Assembly (NCBI RefSeq): GCF_026210795.1
Contig: NC_089430.1
Span: 4,898,001-4,962,000, forward strand
DNA from: Rhizophagus irregularis
Lineage: Eukaryota
Direction of reading: 5' to 3'
DNA: 64,000 bases
Shown here in pieces: positions 1 to 11,836 of the stretch. The notes under the pieces are model-generated. The model searched no databases. It had not been told where the DNA came from and saw only the letters and a list, made by a program, of their open reading frames with translations. Every line of letters begins with the position of its first letter. Position 1 is the first letter of the stretch. A program made the translations under genes and the position numbers.

Positions 1-299
1 TGCATTATTGTGTTCAAAAAGTTGGCTTGAAAAAGGAATAGGAAAGAAAAGAAATTAAGAGTAATGGGTAACGTTTAATTGTTTATAGTAATATAATCAC
101 TGTATATACTTTTATTAATCAAGTTCAGAAAAATTTTTTTCAACTTACAAAATAAAAAATGTGGCTTTGGTGGGAATTATTACAACGCCATTACTTAAAT
201 GGTTAGCATTTTGATTATCGACGAATTAATAAATTTTTTTTGTAGCTCGTAATAAATAAATTATTTAAGTATTTTTTGTTTAAAATTAACCAATCAATT

Positions 300-424
300 C
301 AATCGGGACTAAGTCCTAACTTAAGTCCTAGTTTCGGTCCTTAAACTGGGTCCGGTCTGTCCATGTGCCAGGACCTGTAAGTCTTGGGACTTTAACCGGA
401 CTGTAACGGACTTTCCATTCCCTA
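300..424. mobile_element. hAT-like terminal fragment interrupting the hAT transposase
   Basis: Subterminal GGAC/GTCC-rich repeats end in ccattcccta at 424 (reverse complement TAGGGAATGG, a hAT-like terminus). Transposase coding sequence resumes immediately afterwards. The other end is not in the window. Confidence 0.5.
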
Positions 425-1476
425 ACTTCAACTAAATATAAATTTGTCATGTTCTCTCAAACCTGAAGAAAAAGCTGATGGTAATAGATTAAAAAAACTT
501 GTGTTAAAGGATAATGAATGGGAATTATTGGATGAATTATGTAATATATTAGCACCATTTGAAAAAGCTACACGAGATTTTTCTGGAAGTACCTATATAA
601 CATTAAGTCAAATGTTCCCCATCATTACAAATCTTACAAATTCCTTAAAACCAGTTGATAATTTACATGAGGAATATGAAGAACCTGATGATAATACCAT
701 TATATCTGATACAGAAGAGAATTTAACTAACCAGTCAACTGGAATAGATTATAATAATATTTCAGAAGTTATAAAAAATGTAAAAAAATATATATATATA
801 GGCTTTAAAACACTACTGGTCAATGCCAGATGAGTTTGGCATTATGGCAGCACTTTTAGACCCACGATATAAAGATCTTAATTTTATATCTGATGAAAAT
901 ATAAAAGTAAAAATTCATTCAAGTTTACAGATACAATATGATCAGTTGAAAAGAGAAATGCAACAACAAATTAGTACTCCACCATCACCCACAATTACAC
1001 CAATTTCAACAATTTCAGCTGATACTAGTAGAAGTTCAACTCCCAGTACAAAATCTTTACATGAGTATAGAGAGATGCGTGAAAAATCAATAAGAAAAGT
1101 ATTTCAAACAACAGAAAAATCTACTGCATCATCAACAATAGCTGATGAAATTACTACTTATTTTCTCTTGCCAGTTGTTAGAGAAAATAAAAATCCATTA
1201 AATTGGTGGAAGACTAAAAAAGAAAATTTTCCAATTCTTTCTATTATAGCACAAAAATACTTAGGAATTCCTGCTACTTCTGTAGCTTCTGAGCGACTTT
1301 TTTCTGATGCAGGGAATTACATTACGGCAAAAAGAAGTTTATTGGATCCTAATTTAGTAGGAAAAATGGTATTTTTAAAACGCAACATGCAAACTATGGA
1401 TCATATTAATGTATTTCCACCAGATTTAGAAGTGGAAAATAATGATTTTGTGGAGGATGAGGATGTATTAGAATAA
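425..1476 (+). pseudogene. hAT transposase, C-terminal part (frameshifted, 5'-interrupted)
   Basis: EWELLDELCNILAPFEKAT, AALLDPRYK, and the hAT dimerisation motif NPLNWWK...FPILSIIAQKYLGIPATSVASERLFSDAG...R..L. ORFs 444..833 and 823..1476 are joined by a frameshift near the (TA)n run at about 790-800. Confidence 0.9.
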
Positions 1477-1925
1477 TTGATATTAAATTTATTTTTGTTA
1501 GTGTCTTATTTTTATTATGTAAATGTTTTTAAATAAAGTGAATTTTACTTTTATTAAATAAAATGATAAATCTTTTAGTAAGTTATATTTTTTTACTCTT
1601 TTATTGAATAATTCTATTCTAACAGTATAAGATTTATTGTATTATATAAAATAAATTCTAAATCATGATAAAATAATTTTATTAGACAAATAAATCTTTT
1701 TTTATTAATAAATCAATGATACAAATAGAATATTTTACAAATGAAATGAAAATTAAAAGGATAAAATTAAAATCAAAAAAAAATTTTTTTTTATCCGGAT
1801 TCTGGGTCAACCTGGATAATTTTTAACCGGTTTCTTATCCGGGTAAAAACCGCAATTATCTGGATATCCGAAAAAAAAATTATCCGGATATATCTGGTTG
1901 AATCCGGTTACGGATCCAAACACTA
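1477..1925 (+). mobile_element. 3' end of the hAT element carrying the transposase
   Basis: ATCCGG/CCGGAT subterminal repeats at 1790-1918, ending in ccaaacacta (reverse complement TAGTGTTTGG). Confidence 0.6.
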
Positions 1926-2029
1926 TTCATACCTGACCTGAATTTTTTTTAAAAATCTCATACCTGACCTGAATTTCAGGTCAGGTCAGGTCAGGTTACC
2001 TGAATTTGGCTGACCTGTTCGGAGCTCTA
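1926..2029. mobile_element. Third hAT-like terminus (outer host element)
   Basis: ACCTG/CAGGT repeats end in gttcggagctcta (reverse complement TAGAGCTCCGAAC), nearly identical to the TAAAGCTCCGAAC TIR of the element at 7872-9059. Confidence 0.6.
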
Positions 2030-2399
2030 ATTATAAATATAATTTAATACATATGTTTTGTTAAGTAATTATTACAATATTAAATTCCTAATTATAAACA
2101 AAAAAACTTCTTTAATTTACTTAGTATTACATTATAATACTAAATCTTTCTATTTAAAAAAACTCATTGTTCCCGGCATGAAGCAACAGGTAACAGCTAG
2201 TCATTCATTAAAAAAAATTTGGATTTGCGAAATGTACTGATAAACATTTACTGCAATATTTGCAAATCCAAATTTTTTTAATAAATGATTTTGTTGATCC
2301 AATTTCTAACAATATTTAAAATAATTTGTATCTAATAAAAAAAAATAAAAAATAAAAAATAAAAAAATACTAAAAATACTGTAAATAAAAACAAAACAA

Positions 2400-3990
2400 A
2401 AATTAAGTTTTATATTAATAAAATAATTTTAAATATTAAATTCCATTATTAAATAAGTATGTTTATCTAACTTCCATAAATATATAATGTACTAATAATT
2501 AAGAATCAAATCCTTTAATTTTCTATCAAATTTTAAATAATTTAGATTAAATAAAAAAATAAAATAAAATTAAAATAAAATCAATGTTAATTGCTAAATT
2601 ACATTAAATAGATTAAACAAGTATGTTTATTTAACTTCTATAAATATATAATATATTAATAATTAAAAGAGCCAAATAAATCATTTAATTTTCTATTAAT
2701 TTTTAAATAATTTGGATCAATAAAAAAAATAAATAAAATCAAAATAAAATGTTAATTGCTAAATTACATTAAATAGATTAATAAATAAGTATTTATTTAA
2801 CTTCCATAAATATGTAATGTATTAATAATTAAAAGAGCCAAATCATTTAAATTTCTATCAATTTTCAAAATAATTTGGATCAAAATCATCAAATAAAAAA
2901 AAAATTAATAAAATCAAAATTAATCAATGTTAATTGCTAAATTACATTAAATAAGTATACAGTCAACTCCCTCTATAGTCACTCCCGTTATAGTCACATT
3001 CTACTATATAGTCACACCAGTTGAATGTTCAAAACACTTTATTATTAAAACCTATCCTATATAGTCACAATCTATCTATAGTCACTATCACACCTATCCT
3101 CAAAAATCTTATATTAAAAAAAACCGTTTATAATCACAGTTATATAAAGAATATATTAAATAACTTGGCATCTAATAATCGTACAAAGATGTATCATAGC
3201 TTGTTAGAATCGTCTCACTGAGATGAATCGAATGGTGGTAGTTTTATCCTTTTGCGATCACTGGCTGATGAGTTATTCAACAAAATGTTAAGCATCGGCA
3301 TTATTATATTTCTTAATTTACGTTTACTGCGCCATTTAACATTTTGCTAAATTTCTCGGTACCTAGTGATTGTAAAAAGACGATTAATAGCTCGTTGGAA
3401 TCGCCTCATCAAGACGAATCGAATGGTGGTAAGCTCATCTCTCTGTGATCAATATTGACGGAGTTACTACTTAAAAACCATTTAATATTTTTTAATTTCG
3501 GAAATTAATCTAGGGATTGAATTTCGATGTATTTTATACCATTAGAACCGTCTCATCAAGACGAATCGAATGGCGGTAAGATCGTCTCTCTAGGATCAAT
3601 ATTGGCAGAGTTACGATACAATAAAGTTTTGAGTATAATTTTGGCTAAAATTATGTTAATTTTTGGCCGGAATTATGATATACTAATATAAGAAATTTTT
3701 TATATAGTCACATCTCTTTATAATCACCAAATATGGACTGTCCCAAATGTGTGACTATAAAGAGAGTTGACTGTATTTATTTAACTTCCATAAATATGTA
3801 ATGTATTAATAATTGAAGGATTTAAATTTCTGACAATTTTTAGATCTAATAAAAAAAGTAAATAAAAAACAAAAAAATTAATGTTATATTTAATAGCATA
3901 ATTTTTAAATAATAATTAAAAGATTTAATTTTCTGCATTTTTGAAATAATTTGTATTTAATAGTAAAAAATAAAAACAAAAAATCATTTT
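2400..3990. repeat. AT-rich tandem repeat, unit about 165-180 bp, about 4 copies, interrupted by a MITE
   Basis: The block aagtat(g)tttatttaacttccataaatat...taataattaa recurs at about 2455, 2620, 2787 and, split by the MITE, at 2953/3776. Confidence 0.8.
2960..3773. mobile_element. Tc1/mariner (pogo-like) non-autonomous element
   Basis: TIR cagtcaactccctctatagtcac / gtgactataaagagagttgactg, with TA on both sides (2958-2959 and 3774-3775) and subterminal tatagtcac repeats. Confidence 0.9.
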
Positions 3991-4132
3991 TTAAATGTTA
4001 AATAACTTAAGTGACAGATCGACACTTAACAGGATAAAATGATCGGCAACTTATAATTAATTTTATGGGCTTCGTTATTAATAAAAAAACTTTTTTTGGA
4101 ATCTTGCGTTCTTTATTATACAAACTTTCTCA

Positions 4133-7100
4133 ATGAGCAAAAAAAGACAGTATACAATAACCCTTTTGGCCAAGGGAATTATTTCAGAAGATTTGCATTA
4201 CGGTATATATGCACGAAATTGGTGGGAATTATGTAAATTTGATAAAACTAACGCTAATTTGATACCTTATCGATTATTTATGTCTGTTAATTGTTATCTT
4301 AACAATAAGAACTTTGCAATAACAGTTCTTAATAATGAACAAACACAAAATCCATGTTTCTGCTGTGTTTGTGATGATAAAGATTCTGGAGCTCAGCCAT
4401 CAGCTTCTGTAGCAATTAATGAAACGTATAACCAAACTTTTGGTAATAAAACAAAATATTCAGGATTAGCTGTTATGGGGTTTGACAATGAATCAATTGT
4501 TCATGAGTTAATAGCAGATGTTCAATTTATTCCAATATTTATTCGTTTAGATAAAATATTAATTGTGGTCAGTAAAATTGGTATTTCATCTTGTGAAGAA
4601 TATTATGGTGCTGGTCTAGGATATCTTTCTACACTTATAACGAAATATAATGGTAAACAATCACTTTTTGTACAATCTATACTAGAAGATGAATGTAGTT
4701 TGGACATTTATTATGAAGGTATTAAATTATACTATAATAAGGATACTACGCCTAATAAAATTTGGGAGACTATTGGCATTCTCAGAAAATATGATGGAGT
4801 GACTTTATTTGGAATCACTAATTCATACGTTCAACAAAAATTGGAAGAATTGAAAAAGAATAATAATATAATTACTTGTACAAGTGATAATTGAAAAAAT
4901 ATTGATTTACTGAATCTTATATTTGAACAAAATATAAAAAAACGTAAAATTGCTAATACATTTTCAGATTGGTCAAACTTATTTACAAACTGGTACAAAC
5001 AAACTAATACAATAATTCAATTTCCTGCAATTTTATTTCAAATTTATCCGGAAAATTATCAATTTCAAGAAAAAGAATTAGGTGCATGGCAAGCAATGCT
5101 TCGTGCCTCTGGTTGTATTAATATCACCCATTTCAAAAAAACGGCATATAATTGAATTTTGGACAAAGGCACCAGATCCTTCACCTGATAGGAAAAATCT
5201 AGCGAAACTTTTTGAATCAGGAATGCTAGTAGTGATAGAAAAGAAATCTAACCCTGATAATGAAAATAAAACACTTTGGAAAAGCTTACAAAAAGCTTTA
5301 GAAAAAAATAAAAGAGGAGATGATGGAAAAGTTAGAATTCTTTCAATAATTGCCGAAAATTTTACATATAAAAAACTCAAAGAAAAGTTTGGGGTAAAGC
5401 CAAAATCTATATTTATTGAATTCACTATAAAATAAATCTTAAAAAAACTGTTATTATTACATACAGGTAGGAAATGATACAATTAATTCCGCATGAAAAC
5501 ATGCAAGACTTAATGGACCAGGAGCACCAAGCCTAATAAAACCAAGAAGAATTGTTAAACAAATGTCTGAAATTAAAGAAAAACAATTTCTAATATTTTT
5601 TCGGGATCGAAGTATAGTTGCACAAAGTTCTTACAAAGTGGATAAAAATGGATTGCCAATATTATATATGTGTGATCAAAAAACTAAACTGTGGAAAAAA
5701 TTTGAAGAAACTTTTCCTAATGGTATGAAAAAGACATCATTTATGGGCCGATTAGCAAACTGTAGTAATATCAAATATTGAGATGATATGGGTGGACTTT
5801 GTCTCACCTGTAATGAGTATGGCTATACTCCATTTGAATCTTTAATAGCTATTGCACGCAATACATTTTCACAAAAAGATCAATTAGTAAGTAAATTCTA
5901 TTTTGATAAATGAATTATTTTAGGTTGAAAAATATTATTTACCTTTTAATATATCCTCAGGATAATATATTGCGAAAAATTGATGCTTTAAAGCACCATA
6001 TGCATCGTGGTTATGAAAGAGAATTAGTGGTTGATGCTGATGGTATAACAAAACATAATCCTTGTATTTCCCATTGTTTGCCATATGCCTTTGGAAAATG
6101 TTCTGAAAAACATAATTCACGGTGCTCAGAATGTGATAAGTTTTTTGAATTTTTTGAATTTATGCAATTACATGTAATGGAAGATCAAGCCACTTCTTTA
6201 GAAGAAATAAAAGAACAATTGCAGTATTTTTTAGCCCATACAACGTGTAAAGTATACTTGAATGCTCAATTTAAAGCTACATTAACCACTCTTGATGAGC
6301 ATGGTGCGTTATTTGTTGCTGATTATAAGATGAGAATTTTGCCAAAATCTGCTCGGGAAACTAAAGCAGAATTTTTTGGCAAATGTGGATGGACTCTTTA
6401 CACAATTCTAGTTTTTATAAAAAAAAATAATTGCAAAGAATTAGTATTAAAAGCTTACAATCACTGGTCAACTGATACCAAGCAAGATGCTTGGTTTACT
6501 TCCTCCTCTTTTGAAGCTGTTTTTGAAACAATAAAACATAAACCAAAATGAATTAGAATAATATCAGATAATGGGGCACATTACCATTTATCAGAACTTA
6601 TGGCTATAGTTGCGCATTGGAATGAATGGTATCAAATTGAAGTTCGTGATTGGCAATTCCTCGAGCCATGTGAAGCTAAAACAACAATTGATTCACATCA
6701 TGCTGCAGTAAGTATTATAATATATATAGATATAGCAATAGATTTTATATTAAAATTACCATTTTCTTTTAGATTTCCCATTCAATCAAACGATATATTC
6801 AGATTGGATATGATATTCGTGATGGAGAGGATATGGTAGAAGCGGCTAAACATTTATCTGGTACATCACTAGCACATTTGGAACCAAATCGAAGTCAATT
6901 TGAATCTGAAAATGAAAATCCAAATAATGTTAGCAAAAAAGAACTAAATTCAAAACCAAGTGTCAAAACTATAAAAGGGATTTCAAATTTATTTTACTGG
7001 AAATGGCCAATTTCCGGCGAAATGATAGGCTACATATGTGCCCGATCACTTCCACATTTTGGTCTATGGAATAATTTTTCTCCCTCTGCAATTGCAAAAC

Positions 7101-7705
7101 TTTGTACCAAACCAATTGTTCGTCCCCATCCAAAGATTTCCGAACAAACTGAACCTGAGTCAGCTTGGACAATTCCCCTGCCAGGTAATCAATTGAAATA
7201 GATGTGTTTTTTTATAAACATGTTTGACTAACATGTTCTATAGACATAAATTCAGTTAGAATACCAGAATTCACGGATAATAACAATCGCAATGATGAAT
7301 TAGAAGATGCAAGGTAAAGAAACATGTAAGCTTAAACAGACATAATTCAAAAATTGAAAACTTACGTTTTTTTGCATTGAATCAGTTCTGTTGATGTGAA
7401 TTTTCAATTACCTATAGGATGGGTGTTGAAAAGCAATCAAAAATTAGGAGGGAAAGGAAGGGAGAAAAGAATGAAAAAGAAGGTGAAGGAGTTGTCGAAG
7501 GGTTTTTTTTTTGAATGGAAATCTCAACCAAAAGGATAAAATGTCGGCAAAGGATATGTATAATGAGCTGATGACATTTGTTGAATCTGGTGAATTGGAA
7601 GCTGAAGATGTCCCTAAGATAGCAATGATACAAAACTGGATTTCAGCTTATACACGAACATTTAAAGAGCAAGCTACAGAAAATATGGTAAACAACATAC
7701 TATAG
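4133..7705 (+). pseudogene. Sola3-like DDD transposase, multi-exon, with premature stops
   Basis: Motifs ADYKMRILPKSARETKAEFFGKCGW, QDAWF, ISDNGAHYH, FLEPCEAKTTIDSHHA and C-terminal GWVLK...IQNWIS. In-frame TGA at about 4892, 5494, 5779 and 6549. GT-AG introns are present. Confidence 0.75.
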
Positions 7706-7871
7706 TATAGTATAATAAGCAGATCTAGTAAATATTGGTAATACTCAATATATTAAGATAAAAAAATAAAAAAAAAGGCTAAATTAAAACCAAAAAAGGT
7801 TTAAAAACTAAATAAAAACCTAAATTAACTCATTTTTTGGTTGAAATTGTTGAAAAATAAATTGTCTAAAA

Positions 7872-9059
7872 TAAAGCTCCGAACGGTTCGGGCTAAACCG
7901 GGGAACTGATCCGAAACCGTCTCAAAATTCGGTTCGGTTCGGTTCGGGTATTAGAACCAACCGGTTGGTTAGAAGGTTTAATCTGATTTTTTATAAAAAT
8001 GCGAAAAATCGAATAGCCGGCCATCTAGTGATCGTAAAAAGTCGAGCCATATATCATTGGATTCCTCGCGACGAGACGCGTCGAATGGTGGTAAGACCAT
8101 GTCTCTAGCATCGATATATCACACGTTAACCCACGCTAAATGATTTATAAATAATTTGAATTAGCAAGCTATCTATCGGTGCTAGAGACATGATCTTAGC
8201 ACCATTCGACGCGTCTCAGTGCGACGAATCCAATGAATATAAATTCGTTCGTGTACGACCACTAGATGGCGAATAATATCAAGTTTCGCATTTTTTTTAA
8301 AATTTTCGAGCGTTAAAAATTAAAAATTCCGATACATGAATTTATTCGTCGTCCAATGGTCATACAAATATGAATTAGCACTCATTGGATTCGTCTCGAT
8401 GAGACACGTCGAATGGTGGTAAGATCATGTCTCTAGCATCAATAGATCGTAAGTTAATGCCAATTTTTTATAAATTATTTAGCGTGAATTAACTTACGAT
8501 CTATTAATGCTAGAGACATGATCTCACCACCATTCGACTCGTCTCATCGAGATGAATCCAATGAGTTCTAATTCTACGACCATTGGACGACGAATAGATT
8601 CATGTATCGAAATTTTTAATTTTTAACGCTCGAAAATTTTAAAAAAATGCGAAACTTGATATTATTCGCCATCTAGTGGTCGTACACGAATGAATTTATA
8701 TTCATTGGATTCGTCTCACTGAGACGCGTCGAATGGCGCTAAGATCATGTCTCTAGCACCGATATATAGCTTGCTAATTCAAATTATTGATAAATCATTT
8801 AGCGTGGGTTAACGTGTGTTCTATCGATGCTAGAGACATGATCTTACCACCATTCGACGCGTCTCGTCGAGACAAATCCAATGATATATGGCTCGACTTT
8901 ATACGATCACTAGATGGCCGGATATTCGATTTTTCGCATTTTTATAAAAATCGGATTAAACCGAACTGAACTGCCAGTTTTTCGGTTCGGTTCTTACGGA
9001 TTTCGGCTCTAATCCGAACCGTCTATAATCCGGACCAAACCGACCCGTTCGGAGCTTTA
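7872..9059. mobile_element. Non-autonomous hAT-type foldback element
   Basis: TIR taaagctccgaacgg / ccgttcggagcttta with a perfect 8-bp TSD gtctaaaa (7864-7871 and 9060-9067). The interior, about 7975-8962, is a long imperfect palindrome. Confidence 0.92.
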
Positions 9060-10017
9060 GTCTAAAATTCGAATTACCGGAAATTTATGGCCAGAATCTC
9101 GCGTTCCTACATAGTAAAGTCAAAGCTGTGGAACTTTGACGACTTCAAATTTTGCGAGTAGCTTAGCTAGGATTGTCACTATCGACTACCATCTTTAAAA
9201 TTTGTACGTCATATCACGTGATGAGTCGACGATCTGGTAAAAAAGGAGTATTAGCCATTTTTGGCAATAATCTGTGTAAATTGGCATTATTAAATTTCTC
9301 CGGTTGAATGGCGATCTGTCCCTTAAATTTACAATAAAAAAATTTTTTTTTGGTTAAAATATACCAAATTGCTAAAAGTTAAATTGCATTAACTTGTCAT
9401 CAAGTAATTGTAAAAAAATAATACACAGCTTGTTGGATTGTATTGAGATGTATTAAATGGTAGGAGTTTTATACCTTTAGGATTAATAAATAATAAGATA
9501 TTTACATTGTTTGAAAAGAATTTTTTTGTATTCTTAAATATTTCCAAATGCCAATAACTTTCCATCTATTGATGATAGAAACCACAATTTAACAATTTAA
9601 CATGTCTTGATGAGATAAAGCTAACAAGTTATAATTTATTTTTTCTATGATTACTGGATTATAATAAATTGATGCAATTTATAATATTTGCATTTATAAT
9701 GCTGACCAAATTTACAAAAACGGACATAAATGTCCATTTTTATAATTCTGAACAAATTTGCAAACGGACATTTATGTCTGTTTTATAATTCTGGCCAAAT
9801 TTTGCTGGGCGAAATTATCTTAATTCTGGCCAAATTAGTGTGTAACCTTAAAAAAATTTTTGCCTTTTTTATAGTTATAAGGTGATACAAAATGTACATT
9901 AATGCAATCCTTGACTATGAGTTTATAAGTAAATATCCGATCAAAAGTTATAAAATTGCCTTATTTGTAATTTAATGTTGGTAAGTTGTTTGGACCAATC
10001 AGATCTTGTGGGCTAAT

Positions 10018-10216
10018 CTGCCCATGGTATATATGCTGCCCAAATTATTTTGGGATGCCATAATTATAATTTGGGATGCCATAATTCATTCAGTTTATAT
10101 ATAATTTACTATGTAAAGTGCCAAAATAATTTGGGATGCCATAATTGAATTTGGAATTTTACTTATAATTACGGCAGTCCAAAATAATTTGGGTGGCATG
10201 TATAGCCCATGGGCAG
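10018..10216. mobile_element. About 200-bp MITE-like inverted repeat element
   Basis: About 50-bp imperfect IR: ctgcccatgg..cccaaattattttggga.tgccataattataa versus ttataattacggcagtccaaaataatttggg..cccatgggcag. No TSD identified. Confidence 0.6.
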
Positions 10217-10477
10217 TTTATAAGCTAGGATGTAGTGCACGCCCACTTAGCTTAGAAACTATGTCGATCATTTGGCTGGGATGGATTCAGAAATTCTAAG
10301 GGTCGCAGCTCTAATTGCATTGCATGATCTGATTGATCTGAGTAATACAGTACATAAAAAGATTAGAAAAAAAAACAATACGTAGATCCTTTCTTTTTAG
10401 ATAATTTCAGGTGGCATTACGTAATTTTGGCTCTGATCATTTGTTACCTTATTCAATTACGCAAGACGAGTATTTAT

Positions 10478-11703
10478 TTATTTATTTTATTTTATTTTTT
10501 TTTTAAACTTTATTAATAACATGATGATCGCAGAAACAGCGCATCATGTTCTAGATGACATGCATCTGCTAATAAAGTATCTATCTACTACAAACAAAAA
10601 CAAAACAAAAAACATACAAGAAGAAAAACTAAAACTAAACCCAATAACAAAAAAGAAAACACGAAATTTAACACTAGCTATTTATACTCCTAGTTTAACA
10701 AATTTTTAACCAAGCGTTTGCGCCAATGCTAAACTCCCTCAAACTCCCCACACATAGATACTTTATTAATCATAAAAATCCTACCTTACGCATTTTACAC
10801 TTCTCAGAAGAAAAATGAAACAACAAAAACTACCCTAATTCTAAACCAAACTAAAAAAATCTTCCTAACAACTATCTATTCCAAAAAAAAAAAAAAATCA
10901 CTGGAGTTGGCTAGGCCTCACAGTGAAATGTCTATCTTCCCGAAAAGAGCGTTTTCCCTGAAGAGTTGGCTAGGCCCGCAGTGGAGCGTACATCTTCCCA
11001 AAAAGCGCGTTTTCTATAACTACCCTGTCCATTCACAGTGACTTGCCCAACGTTAGTTCTTTGAACAAAACAAAAGTTTGTCTACATTTATTTACATTGC
11101 TACCGCCCAAGTCAAAACTAGAATCCTCATGTGATTACTGTGGATATGGCTGATCCCCATATGGCTGATCCTTTCCTCAGATAAATTTGTTGCCACAATT
11201 TGTCCTGCAGTAAATCACCTCATTTCCTGACCATCCAATTGGTTCCTTACTGAATCTTCTGTTTCTACTTTTAGATTTCATCCGCATGCTAAAATTTTTG
11301 CTGCGCAGACAAAAAAAATTCTGCGACAAAAAATTCCCAAGAAACCACTATTTCCAAGCTATCCAAGAAGCTTCCAAAGGCCAACTTTTTATTTTTCCAA
11401 ACCTCTATTATCGCCCACTGACAAACCTTTATGTGGAGCAACACCCAGCCCTTCCTTGGCATTTTTGGATCACTACCATTAAGTTGACAACGAGAAATAA
11501 ATTTTTTGGTCAAAAAAATCTGTAACCTTCTAGCAAACTTCTTCTAAACTTCATATCAAAATGTTCAGAAAGGACTGAATAAACAGTTGGTGATGTTGAA
11601 ATGCGTAAAACAATTAATTTCCATAAGCACTTTTGAACTCTTCCACCTTTTTTTCGTCCTGAAATTTTTGGTCTGAATGATCAGCGGGAAGAGTTCCCTC
11701 TCC
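10478..11703 (-). mobile_element. 5'-truncated non-LTR retroposon insertion
   Basis: T-rich tail at 10478-10504 followed by tttatt (AATAAA on the minus strand). A 16-bp direct repeat caagac(g/a)agtatttat lies at 10462-10477 and 11704-11719. No RT domain recognised. Confidence 0.7.
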
Positions 11704-11836
11704 CAAGACAAGTATTTATATAGCCTCGGTTAAAAAATTTTCCATTATATTTATTCAAAAAAAATTTTTTTTCTTGTTTTTTTCTTTTTTTTTTTAAAAA
11801 AAAAAAAATTCCGACACCTTTAAATTATATTATTAA

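Larger units (their letters stand above)
4011..9322 (+). mobile_element. Sola3-like DNA transposon A (decayed, with a nested insertion)
   Basis: TTAA at 4007-4010 and 9323-9326. Imperfect TIR gtgacagatcgacacttaacaggataaa versus reverse complement gggacagatcgccattcaaccggagaaa (about 23/30 match). Encloses a transposase gene. Confidence 0.8.

Noticed and set aside
7975..8962. CRISPR-like repeat/spacer appearance
   Set aside because: The repeats alternate in orientation, the spacers mirror each other, there are no cas genes, and the region is bounded by TIRs and a TSD in a eukaryotic context.
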